Positions 11,320-21,879 of a DNA stretch of 64,000 bases are shown here, in pieces; within the stretch, counting starts at the first letter, position 1, and the number at the start of each line of letters is the position of its first letter. The notes below the pieces were generated by a model that searched no databases, had not been told where the DNA came from, and worked only from the letters and a program-made list of their open reading frames with translations. This DNA comes from Nitrosopumilus sp. (GTDB lineage Archaea; Thermoproteota; Nitrososphaeria; Nitrososphaerales; Nitrosopumilaceae): contig OZ242041.1 in NCBI GenBank assembly GCA_965205215.1, forward strand, positions 896,001-960,000, in the 5' to 3' direction. A program made the position numbers and the translations under genes.

Positions 11320-11361
11320 TACCCGGAAAGAATCATAGAGCTCGTTGATTCTTTCCGGGTA
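11320..11361. repeat. 42-bp palindrome, same family
   Basis: TACCCGGAAAGAATCA-N10-TGATTCTTTCCGGGTA. Confidence 0.9.
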
Positions 11362-11678
11362 CGGACTGCATTGTCGTGCCGGCTGCCTGTATTAATCATC
11401 TACAGGCCTGCCGCATCTGTCACATGCGCATCCTTGCCGCCGTCCGGGCCCAAGGGCGGGGGCCCGCACCGCGGGACGGACGGACGGGTGGAAAAGGGGA
11501 CGGGGTGCCGACAGGGGCGGCCGCGTGGCGTGGGACACCCAGGTGACATGGTTGCAGTCCGGAGGCATGTCCGGAAGACCCGGGCGGCTGCAGCTGGCAG
11601 GCGGCAGAATCCTGACTGGAACCGGGATCAGCGGCAGATGCCATTACTCAGAAACGGGATTCTGTCACGCCGGCGCCG

Positions 11679-13136
11679 TCACGCGGGCGCCGCCGTCTTG
11701 CGCCTGATCAGGAACCTGCCGGCGGACATGTCCCTTACCAGATCCCACCCGTATGCGACCCACGAGAGCAGCTTCTCCTCTCCCGTGATTATCCTTGTCT
11801 GGTATGGCGGCGCCCCGTGCGGGCCGTCCTGCGGCGGATCCGCGTCTTCCCGCACCATGTCTGCGGAGGCAGGCGCCGGTTCGGGGACGCCGTCCTGGGC
11901 CGCCGGTTCCGTACCGGTATTTTCAGTATGCACCATTATGCTGGAAGGATCTATCCCGTACGTCTTGGCCTGCTGCCGCAGCGACTGCAGGAACGCCTCC
12001 CTCCTCTGCCCGGCGTCGTCGCCCGCGTCGCCCGCGCGCAGGAACACCTCGCTCCTTGCAAAGGCGCCCCGCATGTCCTCGATCATCTGCTCGGTCAGCC
12101 TTCCCTTGTTCGTGGTGTACCTGGCCTCCATGTCGCCCGTGTGCCCCATGAAGAACTGCCTGTACGCGTGCGTCATGCACCCGTTGCTCTCGGCCATGAG
12201 GAGCTGCGTATCAAAGTACGCGCGGAGCACGTAGGGCCTCGCCTTGGTGACGCTCCTGATGGCGGCCCTTATCGGGAGTGTCACGGCCTTTGTGGTCATG
12301 AACTCCTGCCCGTCGGCTGCCTGCCCTCTCACCGTCCTCTTCCTGCATGCCAGGGGCGAGTCCGCACTTAACTTCTCACCCGCGGCGGCGCGGCCGCGGA
12401 GGTATCCTAGGAGGTACGAGCACCCCTGTGACGTGAGGAACGTAAAGTACCTGTGGCCCGCCTTGCTTATCTGCGGCCTTATCGTAACCCTCGCCGGCAT
12501 CCTTTCGAGCGAGACTGTACCTCTTCCGTCGACGTCCGCGCGCAGCCCCTCCACATCAGAGACGCGCAGCCCCTCGGTCCCGTCGTGGCTGCCTATCACC
12601 TGCGGCCGCACCCCAGCAAAGGCCATCAGGGACATGCAGGCGCGGGTGCGCGGATCCGCCGCGTTCATGATAGATTCCAACTGCGCCGGGGTGGGCACCT
12701 GCTCGTCCTCCAGCGTCACGGGGATCCTGGCGTTTGCCACCTTTATCTTGCGCCGTATGTCGACATAGTTGTACGTCAGCCACGACTTGAGCGCCTTTAC
12801 GACGTCCTCTATGTATCCCGGCGCGTACTTTTGCGCCTCCATCCACGTCACATAGTCGAGTATCATGTCCTCGGCCCTCATGCTGTCCTCCTTTCCAGTC
12901 GCGACCATCGCGGCGGGGGTTATCCCGGTGTTCTTGTAGAACATGTTGAGCCGCCTTATCCGCGAGTCGGCGGTGAGCTGGCTTGAGCGCGCAAGGTTTG
13001 CGTGCCACCTCGCGACATTCTCATCTGATTCCAATAAACTACTTGCAGATCCATTCAACCTCTTTTTCAAGATCACCAGTTTTGATTTAAGGCCGGATTC
13101 CCGGCTGCCGGGTTGCAATGTGGTCATACTAGTCAT
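11679..13136 (-). CDS. tyrosine recombinase / site-specific integrase
   Basis: Catalytic set R (AGVRP), K (ISKAG), YxxR (YVLR), H (FMGH), Y (ARYT); sits just 3' of tRNA-Lys; start uncertain (13136 or 13127). Confidence 0.9.
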   Translation of the reverse strand: MTSMTTLQPGSRESGLKSKLVILKKRLNGSASSLLESDENVARWHANLARSSQLTADSRIRRLNMFYKNTGITPAAMVATGKEDSMRAEDMILDYVTWMEAQKYAPGYIEDVVKALKSWLTYNYVDIRRKIKVANARIPVTLEDEQVPTPAQLESIMNAADPRTRACMSLMAFAGVRPQVIGSHDGTEGLRVSDVEGLRADVDGRGTVSLERMPARVTIRPQISKAGHRYFTFLTSQGCSYLLGYLRGRAAAGEKLSADSPLACRKRTVRGQAADGQEFMTTKAVTLPIRAAIRSVTKARPYVLRAYFDTQLLMAESNGCMTHAYRQFFMGHTGDMEARYTTNKGRLTEQMIEDMRGAFARSEVFLRAGDAGDDAGQRREAFLQSLRQQAKTYGIDPSSIMVHTENTGTEPAAQDGVPEPAPASADMVREDADPPQDGPHGAPPYQTRIITGEEKLLSWVAYGWDLVRDMSAGRFLIRRKTAAPA

Positions 13137-13286
13137 GGGGCAGGACCTCGCGTATGTGTAGGGGCCCCGTCGTTCCGGACCACAGTGTCGGGCTAACCCA
13201 GTTGCATTCACCCCGCATGAAGATCCCGGCGCCCGTTGCATGGGGCATAACCCCGAAACCGTTTCCTTGAATATGAACAGAAACAA

Positions 13287-13360
13287 TGGGTCTAAAGGGA
13301 TTCGAACCCTTGACAGCCGGATTAAAAGTCCGGAGCGCTACCTGGCTGCGCCATAGACCC
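13287..13360 (-). tRNA. tRNA-Lys(UUU)
   Basis: Acceptor stem GGGTCTA/TAGACCC, anticodon arm CCGGA-CTTTTAA-TCCGG, GGTTCGAATCC T-arm. Confidence 0.95.
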
Positions 13361-13592
13361 ACAGCGTACTGCGCTTCGTGCGTACAATTTAGTCCTTTCA
13401 GGATGCAGATGTGATGGTTCAACCTTCCCCCCTCCCACCAACTGTCTGGCGTGCGGCTACCGAATAAACCACGTACTCTCCCCCCACCCAGTCGCCGCGG
13501 GGGCGGAGCGGAGACGGTGGTGCCATGGAAACTGAGCAGTTAGTCACGCCTGAGCAAACTTTTAATCTAGCCCGTCTTGTAGTCAGATCCGT

Positions 13593-13670
13593 GCCCTTGT
13601 AGTATAGCCAGGTCTAGAATTCGGCCCTGTCACGGCTGAGACGCGTGTTCAAATCCCGCCGAGGGCGCCA
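13593..13670 (+). tRNA. tRNA-Asp(GUC), CCA encoded
   Basis: Anticodon arm CGGCC-CTGTCAC-GGCTG, TTCAAAT T-loop; TTTTAA box upstream. Confidence 0.95.
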
Positions 13671-13773
13671 TCTTACTCTGCATAGCGTCTGCTGCGCTTG
13701 GCGCGCGACATTGATCACTCCCGTATGCTTCCGCCCTTTCAAGTCTTAAAAAAGACGACTGTGTCATGGGTAC

Positions 13774-14217
13774 ATGGTTTCGATCCGGGATGCCGCCCAC
13801 GGCGACGTGCCATTCGTACTCGACCTGCTATACGAGCTTGGACGGCCCAGGCCTGCCGACAAGCAGGAGGAGGACACGTTCGAGAGAGTCATATCCGGAT
13901 ACATCGCGGATGCCGACAAGGGGCTGCTCGTGGCCGAGTCCGACCATGCGGTCGTGGGGCTGGCGTCCATCATGTTTCTTGTCAGGTGCAACCATGCAGG
14001 GCCGGAGATGTACATTCCAGAATTGGTTGTCCGTGCTGACTGCCGCGGGAGGGGTATTGGCAGGGCCCTGGCCGAGGAGTGCATGAGGATTGCCGCCACG
14101 CGAGGATGCCACCGCATCAGACTGGAGTCGGGGAACCGGCGCAAGGACTCGCATGATTTCTACCGGCGCCTGGGATTCGGCCAGCAGGCACTGTCGTTTG
14201 AGTTTCTGGTTTCCTAA
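13774..14217 (+). CDS. GNAT N-acetyltransferase
   Basis: LVVRADCRGRGIGRAL acetyl-CoA motif A; FYRRLGF. Confidence 0.9.
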   Translation: MVSIRDAAHGDVPFVLDLLYELGRPRPADKQEEDTFERVISGYIADADKGLLVAESDHAVVGLASIMFLVRCNHAGPEMYIPELVVRADCRGRGIGRALAEECMRIAATRGCHRIRLESGNRRKDSHDFYRRLGFGQQALSFEFLVS

Positions 14218-14696
14218 CTGACCATAGCTCTGCCGACGTGACTCCGGCCGGCCGTTCCATTCCTGCGCGCTCGAATCCTATGCGTGACTCCGACTGCCAA
14301 AAGACATGGAGCAAAGCCCCGGTAAAACGGGTGTCTTTCACGCGCCAGAGGGGAAATGCAGTCTAACGCGGCATGCCCGCTTGTTCTTGACGCTGCACGG
14401 GTGCATCGGATACACGTCGTAGAAGAGCCCGGTGTGTGCAAGGCAGATTGACTGCGCCGTCTGAGCCGCTAGTGCACCGGGTGCAGGACACCTGACGGCC
14501 TCAACGGAGCGGGCGCGGCTTACTGGCGGTGCGATTCGCGAGTCGGATCCTTCCAAGGAAGTGGCGCCGCAGCCAGATCGGGCAGATGGCAACGACAATC
14601 CGGCAAACGCCATCTGACGGCACGCAAGACCGGCGTCACGCCAGTGGGGCACCTACCTCCTCCTACCTGAGCTAATCTTAAAATTCTGGCAGTTGG

Positions 14697-15575
14697 ATGC
14701 CTCTCTTATTGTCCGAGGCAAAGGATTCACCTGATACCGCCGCGCCCGACTCAAAAAAGGAGGCTGACGCCGCCGGTACTGCCGCCGATGCCGCCAAACC
14801 GGCAGCTAAGAGCAGCGCCAAGCCCGAGTCCGACTCAAAGAAAGAGGCCGGTACTGCCGCCGATGCCGCCAAACCGGCAGCTAAGAGCAGCGCCAAGCCT
14901 GCTGCGGCAGCCAAGCCCACACCTGCGAAAAAGGCAGAGGACAAGAAGGAAGGGGAGCCTCCCGAGGACAAGGAAGCAAACGCGCACGCGGCCATGGAAA
15001 GGGCCAGGGCCGCCATAAAGGCGGCCGAGCAGGCCGAGCTGGACGCAAAACAGGCCGCAGAGAGGGCGGCCGCGGCAAAAAAGGCCGCCGAGGAGGCCGC
15101 AGAGGCAGAATACAAGGCCATCGCCGAGCAGGTAAAGGCCGACGTCGCCAAAAAGCCCGCCCACACCTTCAAGAGGGAGTCCGAGGAGATCTTCCGCCGC
15201 GATATGGGCGAACCGGAGTTCTTCCTTGACAAGAAGGACAGGTTCCCGCGCCCCATCCTGACCCCGCAGCAGCAGGAGTCGCTGACGCGGCATGCCGAGA
15301 CACCGCAGGACCAGACCCCCGAGTATGTACCGGAGCACGTCCTGAGCCCAGAGTTCGAGGGGGTCTCAAACTACGAGCGGGGGGTCGCGTCATACCTGGA
15401 GGAGCTGCGCGCAAAGCTCAGGAAGCTAAAGCAGGTCAAGGACGCGGAATCCGTGGCCGGGGAGATGGCGCGCGTAAAGGCCAACATAAAATACCTCGAG
15501 TCGCTTCACGAGAACTTTTACCTTGGAATGAACGTATTTAGGACCGCAAGGGGCGGCCGCTCAAAGGTGGCGTGA
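14697..15575 (+). CDS. hypothetical protein with Ala/Lys/Pro-rich N-terminus
   Basis: Host-like codon usage; internal duplication (AGTAADAAKPAAKSSAKP x2); 6 bp from the hemA-like gene. Confidence 0.7.
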   Translation: MPLLLSEAKDSPDTAAPDSKKEADAAGTAADAAKPAAKSSAKPESDSKKEAGTAADAAKPAAKSSAKPAAAAKPTPAKKAEDKKEGEPPEDKEANAHAAMERARAAIKAAEQAELDAKQAAERAAAAKKAAEEAAEAEYKAIAEQVKADVAKKPAHTFKRESEEIFRRDMGEPEFFLDKKDRFPRPILTPQQQESLTRHAETPQDQTPEYVPEHVLSPEFEGVSNYERGVASYLEELRAKLRKLKQVKDAESVAGEMARVKANIKYLESLHENFYLGMNVFRTARGGRSKVA

Positions 15576-15581
15576 CTGGGG

Positions 15582-16667
15582 ATGTCTGACAAGTGCAGCG
15601 TCGATTCTGACATTGTAAACGCCAGGGTCACGTTCAAGAACGTGCCCATGCACACGCTTGCAAAGTTCATGTTTGACGACGTGGACGCGGCCGCAGAGGA
15701 GTTCAAAAAGATCCCCGGCGTCGGGGAGTGCGTCATAGTGCAGACTGCAAGCCGCGTGGAGATATTCCTGGTCAGCCACGTGGAGCGCTCCGACCAGCTG
15801 GACCTGCGGCGCGCGGACAGCAAGGGGCTCATCCTCAACCGCATAAAGGAGGTCTGGATATCGCTCTCGACCCTGGATCAGATCGACATAGACCACATAG
15901 ACCAGACCCTCGAGGTGTACAAGGGAGAGGACGTCTACAAAAACCTGCTGAGGCTCGCCACCGGGCTTGACTCCATCGTGGTGGGCAAGCCGGAGATATA
16001 CGACGAGATAGTGCAGGCCGCGTCAAGGGCCAAGGACGAGGGGCTGTCGGGCCGCCTGCTTGACCAGCTGTTCGCGTACGTCATCAGGATAGCCACCCGC
16101 ATAAGGGACACCACCGAGATAGGCGACGACGTAACCTCGCTTGGGGACGTGGCAGTCAAGATGGTCGAGGAGAAGGTCGGCGTGGACCCCAAGAAGAAGG
16201 TGCTGCTCATCGGGACCGGGGAGCCCGCGGCCATGCTTGCAAAGGCGCTCATAAAGGCCGGGGTGGGCTTTGACGTGACGAGCCGCACCCTTGAGAGGGG
16301 CGCCGGGTTTGCAAAGGTGCTGGGCGGCGGGACGCCAGTAGAGTTTGAGGCCGCCCTGGCCGGGTTCGGCAAGTACGACATAGTCCTGGTGGCCACCACC
16401 TCTGACTATTTCCTGATCACGCACGAGCGCGTCAGGTTGGTGTTGGAGGACAAGAAGAAGGGGACCCTGATAATGGACTTGTCCGACCCGCGCACGGTAG
16501 ACGAGGGGGTGACTGCGTTTCCCGGCGTCAAGCTGATGTTCAGGGACCAGGTATACGAGATGTACCTGGAGAACGCAAGGGCCCGCGAGAGCCTGGTTCC
16601 GGCAGTCGAGAAGATCATTGCAAAGGAGCTGCCCATCATGTCTGTCCAGATGAACCATCTGGACTGA
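15582..16667 (+). CDS. glutamyl-tRNA reductase-like protein (catalytic Cys absent)
   Basis: LLRLATGLDSIVVG, Rossmann LIGTGE, DIVLVAT, DLSDPR; QTASRVE replaces TCNRxE. Confidence 0.8.
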   Translation: MSDKCSVDSDIVNARVTFKNVPMHTLAKFMFDDVDAAAEEFKKIPGVGECVIVQTASRVEIFLVSHVERSDQLDLRRADSKGLILNRIKEVWISLSTLDQIDIDHIDQTLEVYKGEDVYKNLLRLATGLDSIVVGKPEIYDEIVQAASRAKDEGLSGRLLDQLFAYVIRIATRIRDTTEIGDDVTSLGDVAVKMVEEKVGVDPKKKVLLIGTGEPAAMLAKALIKAGVGFDVTSRTLERGAGFAKVLGGGTPVEFEAALAGFGKYDIVLVATTSDYFLITHERVRLVLEDKKKGTLIMDLSDPRTVDEGVTAFPGVKLMFRDQVYEMYLENARARESLVPAVEKIIAKELPIMSVQMNHLD

Positions 16668-16909
16668 CGCGGTCACAGCCCCTGCTTGCGCATGACAAAC
16701 TGCAGTATGGCCTCTCTGGAGTACTCTATGCCGTGCTCGGTCTCCATGTGATCCCTGAAATTGTCGACCACCTCGCCTTCCTCGCCCTCCGCTACGTAAT
16801 CACACTCAAAGCCGTAGTCCCTGCAAGCCAGACTTACCATATCCGCCCTGACTATACTGATTATAAAAATCCTGTATTCCGTGCCGCCCCTCCTGCGGCG
16901 CCGGGGGTG

Positions 16910-17752
16910 TCACCCGTACGACTCGTACTTTATGCTGTAGCTGCCGTCGGGGTTCTTGTCGTGTTCAGTCACAAAGCCCCTGCTGCCGACGGCGTCGATC
17001 ACGCCGTCTATGGTCCCCTGGTAGCCGCAGATGTAGATTATGGTGTTCTCCGGCGTGATCTGCTCGCCGACCATCTCCTCGACCGGCGAGAGGCCCGTCT
17101 TTTTGTTCGCCACGAAAAAGGACTCGACCCTTCCCGTGTGGCCGTTCCACGACCTGTTGAAGAACTCCTTCGGCCTTGATATGGCGGCCTTGTACCTAAA
17201 GTTCCACTTGTCCCTGCCCCTCTTCTCGCTCTCCTCCTCGAGGCCCGTCAGCAGCCGCTTGTAGCTCAGCTCGTCGACATAGCTTGCCCCGTGCAGCACC
17301 ACGACCTCGCGGCGGTCGCTGGTGTCGTGGAAGTGCTTTGCAAACGCTATGAACGGGGCTATTCCGGTGCCCCCTCCGACGCATATGATGCGCCTGTTGT
17401 CCTCTTGGCCGTCGGGGAGCGTCTCGCTTATCTGGAGCGCCGCGCCCGTCGGGTCGCCGAGCCAGACCTCGTCGCCCACGTTTGCATAGAACAGCTCCGT
17501 GGTCACCCTGCCCGGCAGCGGCTTCCTGACCCACCTTATTACGAACTCGAAATACTCGCGGTTCTCCGGATGCGACGCTATGGAGTAGGCGCGCCTGACT
17601 ATCTTCTTCTCAGTCGGTATGGGGACGCCTATGGTCAGGAACTGCCCCGTCTTGTAGTCCGGCATGCCGGAGTTGGGGACCAGCCTTATGACTATGAGGT
17701 CCTCCTTTAGCAGCTCCATGTACGTTATCTTTGCCTTGACCTCGCTTACCAT
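16910..17752 (-). CDS. ferredoxin-NADP+ reductase family oxidoreductase
   Basis: RRAYSIAS FAD motif, GGTGIAPF, YICG, terminal ESY. Confidence 0.9.
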   Translation of the reverse strand: MVSEVKAKITYMELLKEDLIVIRLVPNSGMPDYKTGQFLTIGVPIPTEKKIVRRAYSIASHPENREYFEFVIRWVRKPLPGRVTTELFYANVGDEVWLGDPTGAALQISETLPDGQEDNRRIICVGGGTGIAPFIAFAKHFHDTSDRREVVVLHGASYVDELSYKRLLTGLEEESEKRGRDKWNFRYKAAISRPKEFFNRSWNGHTGRVESFFVANKKTGLSPVEEMVGEQITPENTIIYICGYQGTIDGVIDAVGSRGFVTEHDKNPDGSYSIKYESYG

Positions 17753-18107
17753 TCAGACAAGCTCGGACGCGTCGGTTAAAAAATATTGCCCTTGGCGGCG
17801 CGGCTCCGCGCCGCCGTCTGTGGCGGCCGTGATGCGCGGCAGCGGTTCGGGCCGGCGCCCGCAGGAGCGCTGGCGGGCCCCATGCGGGGCGGCTGCGGCT
17901 CCGCGGCCGGCCGCGGCACCCGTCCGATATTCTTTCCGTGCGCGCGCCGCGTGTACGGCCCGCGTCCCCCGTCGTCACTTCTCCCCTCCCCCCTCGTTCG
18001 CGTGATCAAAACAAGTGATCATACCTGTGTGATCACTCTGGTGTGGCGCACGACGCGTGCCCTGATCCGAAATATAGCTATTTATTGCAATTTGACGCGC
18101 GCGCGGC

Positions 18108-18398
18108 ATGACGCTTGAATTCACGTACCATGCAGCGAACGGGGAGCACGCCACGCGGCGCGAGGATGCCGACATGGTCATCTTCAAGGACGTCGACGTC
18201 TCAGACAAGATGGTGATGTGGAATTTCCAGGGGGGACCCAAGCCCGGCTTTCTTCCCGACAGGATCTCAAACCCCGGCGAAATCGACCTTACGATGGAGG
18301 AGCTCGAGGAGATAAGAAAGCGCGACAACATATCGGTAACTGTACTAGACGTGGACGTCGAATCTGGGAGTGTCACGCCGCGCGACGGCACGGACTAG
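18108..18398 (+). CDS. hypothetical protein
   Basis: Host-like codon usage; AT-rich promoter-like stretch upstream. Confidence 0.65.
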   Translation: MTLEFTYHAANGEHATRREDADMVIFKDVDVSDKMVMWNFQGGPKPGFLPDRISNPGEIDLTMEELEEIRKRDNISVTVLDVDVESGSVTPRDGTD

Positions 18399-18426
18399 CG
18401 CGCTGCAAGCACCCCGCGCCGCGCGG

Positions 18427-19470
18427 CTAGGGTTTCAGCATGACCTTTAGGGCGTCGCCCTCCCGCGAGCGCCTGACGGCTGCTTCAAACCCGTCTAGCG
18501 GAAACGTCGAGTCCACCATGTGGTCGACCTGCACCGTTCCGGCCGCGAGCGCCTCTATGGCGGGCCCAAAGACCCCGCACCTGGAGCCGACCAGCGTCAC
18601 CTCGTGCACCACGGCCGGCGTCAGGTCCGCCCCGCTCCCAGACGCGGTGGTGGACTTTAGGACCAGCGTGCCGCGGGGCTTAGTCAGGGCCATCGCGTCT
18701 GCAAAGCCGGACACGCTGCCGCTTGCGTCCACCACGATGTCAAAGGACTGCCTGTCGCCGTCCGCGGTCCCGACGCCTTGATTGTTGCTCCCGTTTCCCT
18801 TCCTCTCCTTCTCCTCCTCTTCCGCAGGCCTTGCCTTCAGGCGCGTGCTGATCCCGAACCTCTCAAGCATCTTCAGCTTTTCTGCATGCCTGCCAAAGCA
18901 TGTAACGTCGCCGTGCGACATCCTGAGCACCTGGCATACCAGCTGGGCAAGCCTCCCGTCGCCCACCACGGCGGCCCTGTCGCCTGCCGCCGCCTGCACC
19001 TGCTCGCTTATCTCAAATGCCGCGGCCAGCGGCTCGATGAACACGGCCTGCTCGTCGGAGACCGAGTCGGGCACGTGGTGCAGGTTTCTTGCAGGCAGTG
19101 ACAGCCGTTCGGCAAACGCGCCGTCGCGGCCCTGTATCCCGAGCACGGTGCGGGAGGGGCAGTGGCGCTCCATGCCGCTCTGACATATACCGCACCGGCC
19201 GCACCCGACGTTGATCTCGCCTGCCACCCTTTTTCCCACCAGCGCCGTACCATGCGCCTCTGACCTCTCGACCACGCCGACAAACTCGTGTCCGGGCACC
19301 CCGCGGTACGACATGTACCCGTCGAGTATCTCCAGGTCGGTGCCGCATATGCCGGCAAGTGTTACACTCACCGTGGACTCGCCTCCTGCAGCGGCATTGC
19401 CGCCTGCGCCGGGATCCGGATGGTCGCTTATCGTGCGCGCGCCTACACCGTCAAAGTATACCGCCCTCAA
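18427..19470 (-). CDS. Zn-dependent alcohol dehydrogenase (MDR family)
   Basis: GICGTD, GHEFVG, CGRCGIC...C, EPLAAA, VGDGRL. Confidence 0.92.
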   Translation of the reverse strand: MRAVYFDGVGARTISDHPDPGAGGNAAAGGESTVSVTLAGICGTDLEILDGYMSYRGVPGHEFVGVVERSEAHGTALVGKRVAGEINVGCGRCGICQSGMERHCPSRTVLGIQGRDGAFAERLSLPARNLHHVPDSVSDEQAVFIEPLAAAFEISEQVQAAAGDRAAVVGDGRLAQLVCQVLRMSHGDVTCFGRHAEKLKMLERFGISTRLKARPAEEEEKERKGNGSNNQGVGTADGDRQSFDIVVDASGSVSGFADAMALTKPRGTLVLKSTTASGSGADLTPAVVHEVTLVGSRCGVFGPAIEALAAGTVQVDHMVDSTFPLDGFEAAVRRSREGDALKVMLKP

Positions 19471-19527
19471 CGAAAAGCGTACCCGGCACGGCCGCTTAAA
19501 TGCATCTGCCGCCGGCAGGGCGCCCCG

Positions 19528-20355
19528 TTAGGGCGGCGCGGCAGTGGCTTTCCAGCCCATTCCTGACACTATGGAGTCCAGCGCGTCCTTGTTTGCCGCC
19601 ATCACGAACGATATGCGCGTTTCATAGTCGAGGCCGGCGTCGAGCGGCCTCATCTGCTCGTCTAGCAGTATGCCGCCGGCCTCCCTTGCTATGATGTATC
19701 CGGCCGCAATGTCCTGTATGCGTATCATGCCCCTTATGTCCACAAAGGCGTCAAGCAGCCCGCGCGCAAAGAAGGCCATCTCCAGCGCGTTTGCGCCAAA
19801 GTGCCTGATGTGGTTGTTGCCCTCAAAGAGCGGCTGCATCTTGGCCGTCAGGTCAGGCGTCGCCCAGGATAGGTTGACCCCGACTATGCGGTATATGGGA
19901 TCCTTGTCGCGGACGTGTATGGGCGTATCGTTCATGTAGGCCCCGCCCCCGGCCGTGGCCCAGTACATGTCGCCGCTGCTCAGGTCCGTCACTACGCCGG
20001 CAGACACGGTGCTGAGCCTGTCCCCCGTGGCAAACGCAAGCGAGCTGCAGAAGAACGGGACGCCCATGACTGCGTTTGCAGAGCCGTCTATCGCGTCCAT
20101 TATGACATAGCCGACCGGATCCTCTGACAGCTCGACCCTGCCGCACTCCTCGCCCAGCACCACGCACGGCAGGCCAGAGCGCTCCAGAAAGTCAAGCACG
20201 GTCTTTTCTGCTATGATGTCTATTTTCCTTGACACGTCGCCGCCGGCCCCCACGCCGTAGTCCCCGGCCGCGTCCGGCGTGCCGGCCATGCCCTTCGTGT
20301 TCTGGTATACGAGGCGCGAGGCCTCCTTTAGTATCCCTATGACGTCGTGCGACAC
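19528..20355 (-). CDS. inositol monophosphatase / FBPase-like
   Basis: GEE, DAIDGS, DIAAG motifs; GTG start estimated. Confidence 0.9.
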   Translation of the reverse strand: MSHDVIGILKEASRLVYQNTKGMAGTPDAAGDYGVGAGGDVSRKIDIIAEKTVLDFLERSGLPCVVLGEECGRVELSEDPVGYVIMDAIDGSANAVMGVPFFCSSLAFATGDRLSTVSAGVVTDLSSGDMYWATAGGGAYMNDTPIHVRDKDPIYRIVGVNLSWATPDLTAKMQPLFEGNNHIRHFGANALEMAFFARGLLDAFVDIRGMIRIQDIAAGYIIAREAGGILLDEQMRPLDAGLDYETRISFVMAANKDALDSIVSGMGWKATAAPP

Positions 20356-20706
20356 AAGGACGCGTCCGGCACGTCGTAATTTAAAGAAAGAAGAGGCCCT
20401 GACGCGGCGCCTTTTCTTTGGTTCTAGTTCCAATTAGGTTGCTAGGCACGATCTTCTCCGAAACGGTTCTATCCTCGGTAATGCGCCCTCCTGAGGTAGG
20501 GCAGTGCCTTTTCATATCTGGCGCGTACCTTTGGGGGGAGGTCTTCCGTCTTACAGAACCCGTGCCTGTTGTGCGGTACGAAGTAACCTGAACCTTCAGA
20601 ACAGCATCCTGTACCTGATAGCCATAGATCAGAGGGTCTGAGGCACGAGTATGCACCAGTGCAACCTGACACCTAACATATATTCTAGTAGAATCTACAA
20701 AAATCG

Positions 20707-21066
20707 ATGTCCTTACAGCGGGAATACCTCCCACAACAGAGCTCATATCAGATCTTTAGTCCGCCACAAACCTCTCCAAATATACTGAACTGGTATGTAC
20801 TGCCAGAAAAATATGGAGACATACACATAGAGATGAAGGATAGCAGTGCATACGTCACAAGTGAAATGCAGCCTATTGAGATTATGCTCGAACCGGTCTA
20901 TGTGACTAAAAAAGACGAAGAATCTGTGTTGATGTACGATTCACTTATGATGCAGGAGGGAGAAAGATACGTCGTAATGTGGAAGGGTGTACCTTTCGCA
21001 TTGGTCAAAGAGGGTAACAACGTGGTCATTTACAAAGGGCAGATAGAGGATGATAAGAGAATTTAA
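20707..21066 (+). CDS. hypothetical protein (low-GC insert)
   Basis: First of three overlapping ORFs. Confidence 0.5.
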   Translation: MSLQREYLPQQSSYQIFSPPQTSPNILNWYVLPEKYGDIHIEMKDSSAYVTSEMQPIEIMLEPVYVTKKDEESVLMYDSLMMQEGERYVVMWKGVPFALVKEGNNVVIYKGQIEDDKRI

Positions 21067-21244
21067 AATGTCTGTGTGTGGGATGAGCATCAAGTTCACA
21101 CGACATAGTGAGACTCCCATTTCCCTCAAACCATGTCAACACGTCATACTGGAGGAGGAGGGAATCATAAAAAGTCACAAGCTAGTAGTTCACACCAATA
21201 AGGACGGCAAGACAAGCGTTCAGCCACTCAAGGTGCAGGTGTGA
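21050..21244 (+). CDS. small hypothetical protein
   Basis: Overlaps both neighbours. Confidence 0.4.
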   Translation: MIREFKMSVCGMSIKFTRHSETPISLKPCQHVILEEEGIIKSHKLVVHTNKDGKTSVQPLKVQV

Positions 21245-21717
21245 TGGCAATTCCGTTAGAGGAAATTCAGAAGGATATACAGGCAATGGGTTACATCACA
21301 GCAACTCCGCGCAAGACACCCATGCCAAGCCTATACAAGCTCAACGATGGTACGATCCTAAGCATAACCACCCACATAAACCACTTCATTCAAGACCCTT
21401 TGAATCCCAACAACGCATCCGTAAACATGACTCCCCCCCAACTGCTTGTATTTGTCCCCCCAGATAAGAGAAACCTACACGGCAAACAGGGAGGCCCAAA
21501 CGTAAGTGTGACTATCACTGACGAGGATGTAGAATACGATACGTTAAAGGAGGATTTCAACGTCTACGACCTGAGTAATGGAGCGGTATTTAGTATAAAG
21601 ACAGTACTGGGGCAAGTTCAAAAGACAGATCTGCATACTCCCATAGGTGAACCCGTTTACAATATAAACAGCCAGCCGATAATCAGGATCAAAACGAATA
21701 ACAAACGGCCTAGATAG
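21241..21717 (+). CDS. hypothetical protein with internal domain duplication
   Basis: YKLNDGTILSI / YDLSNGAVFSI repeated. Confidence 0.65.
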   Translation: MMAIPLEEIQKDIQAMGYITATPRKTPMPSLYKLNDGTILSITTHINHFIQDPLNPNNASVNMTPPQLLVFVPPDKRNLHGKQGGPNVSVTITDEDVEYDTLKEDFNVYDLSNGAVFSIKTVLGQVQKTDLHTPIGEPVYNINSQPIIRIKTNNKRPR

Positions 21718-21879
21718 GTTTACAATCTAAGTTTGAACCGCCTCCCATAGTAGTGCACGGGGGGGGGGGGGGGGGACGGCGCCGCCAGACACGTGCTTGC
21801 GGTGGCGGCGACTTTTGGTGACGCAATCAACATTTAACGGGATCGGTCGTTTCAGAGAAGCTCACGCCTAGCAACCGAA

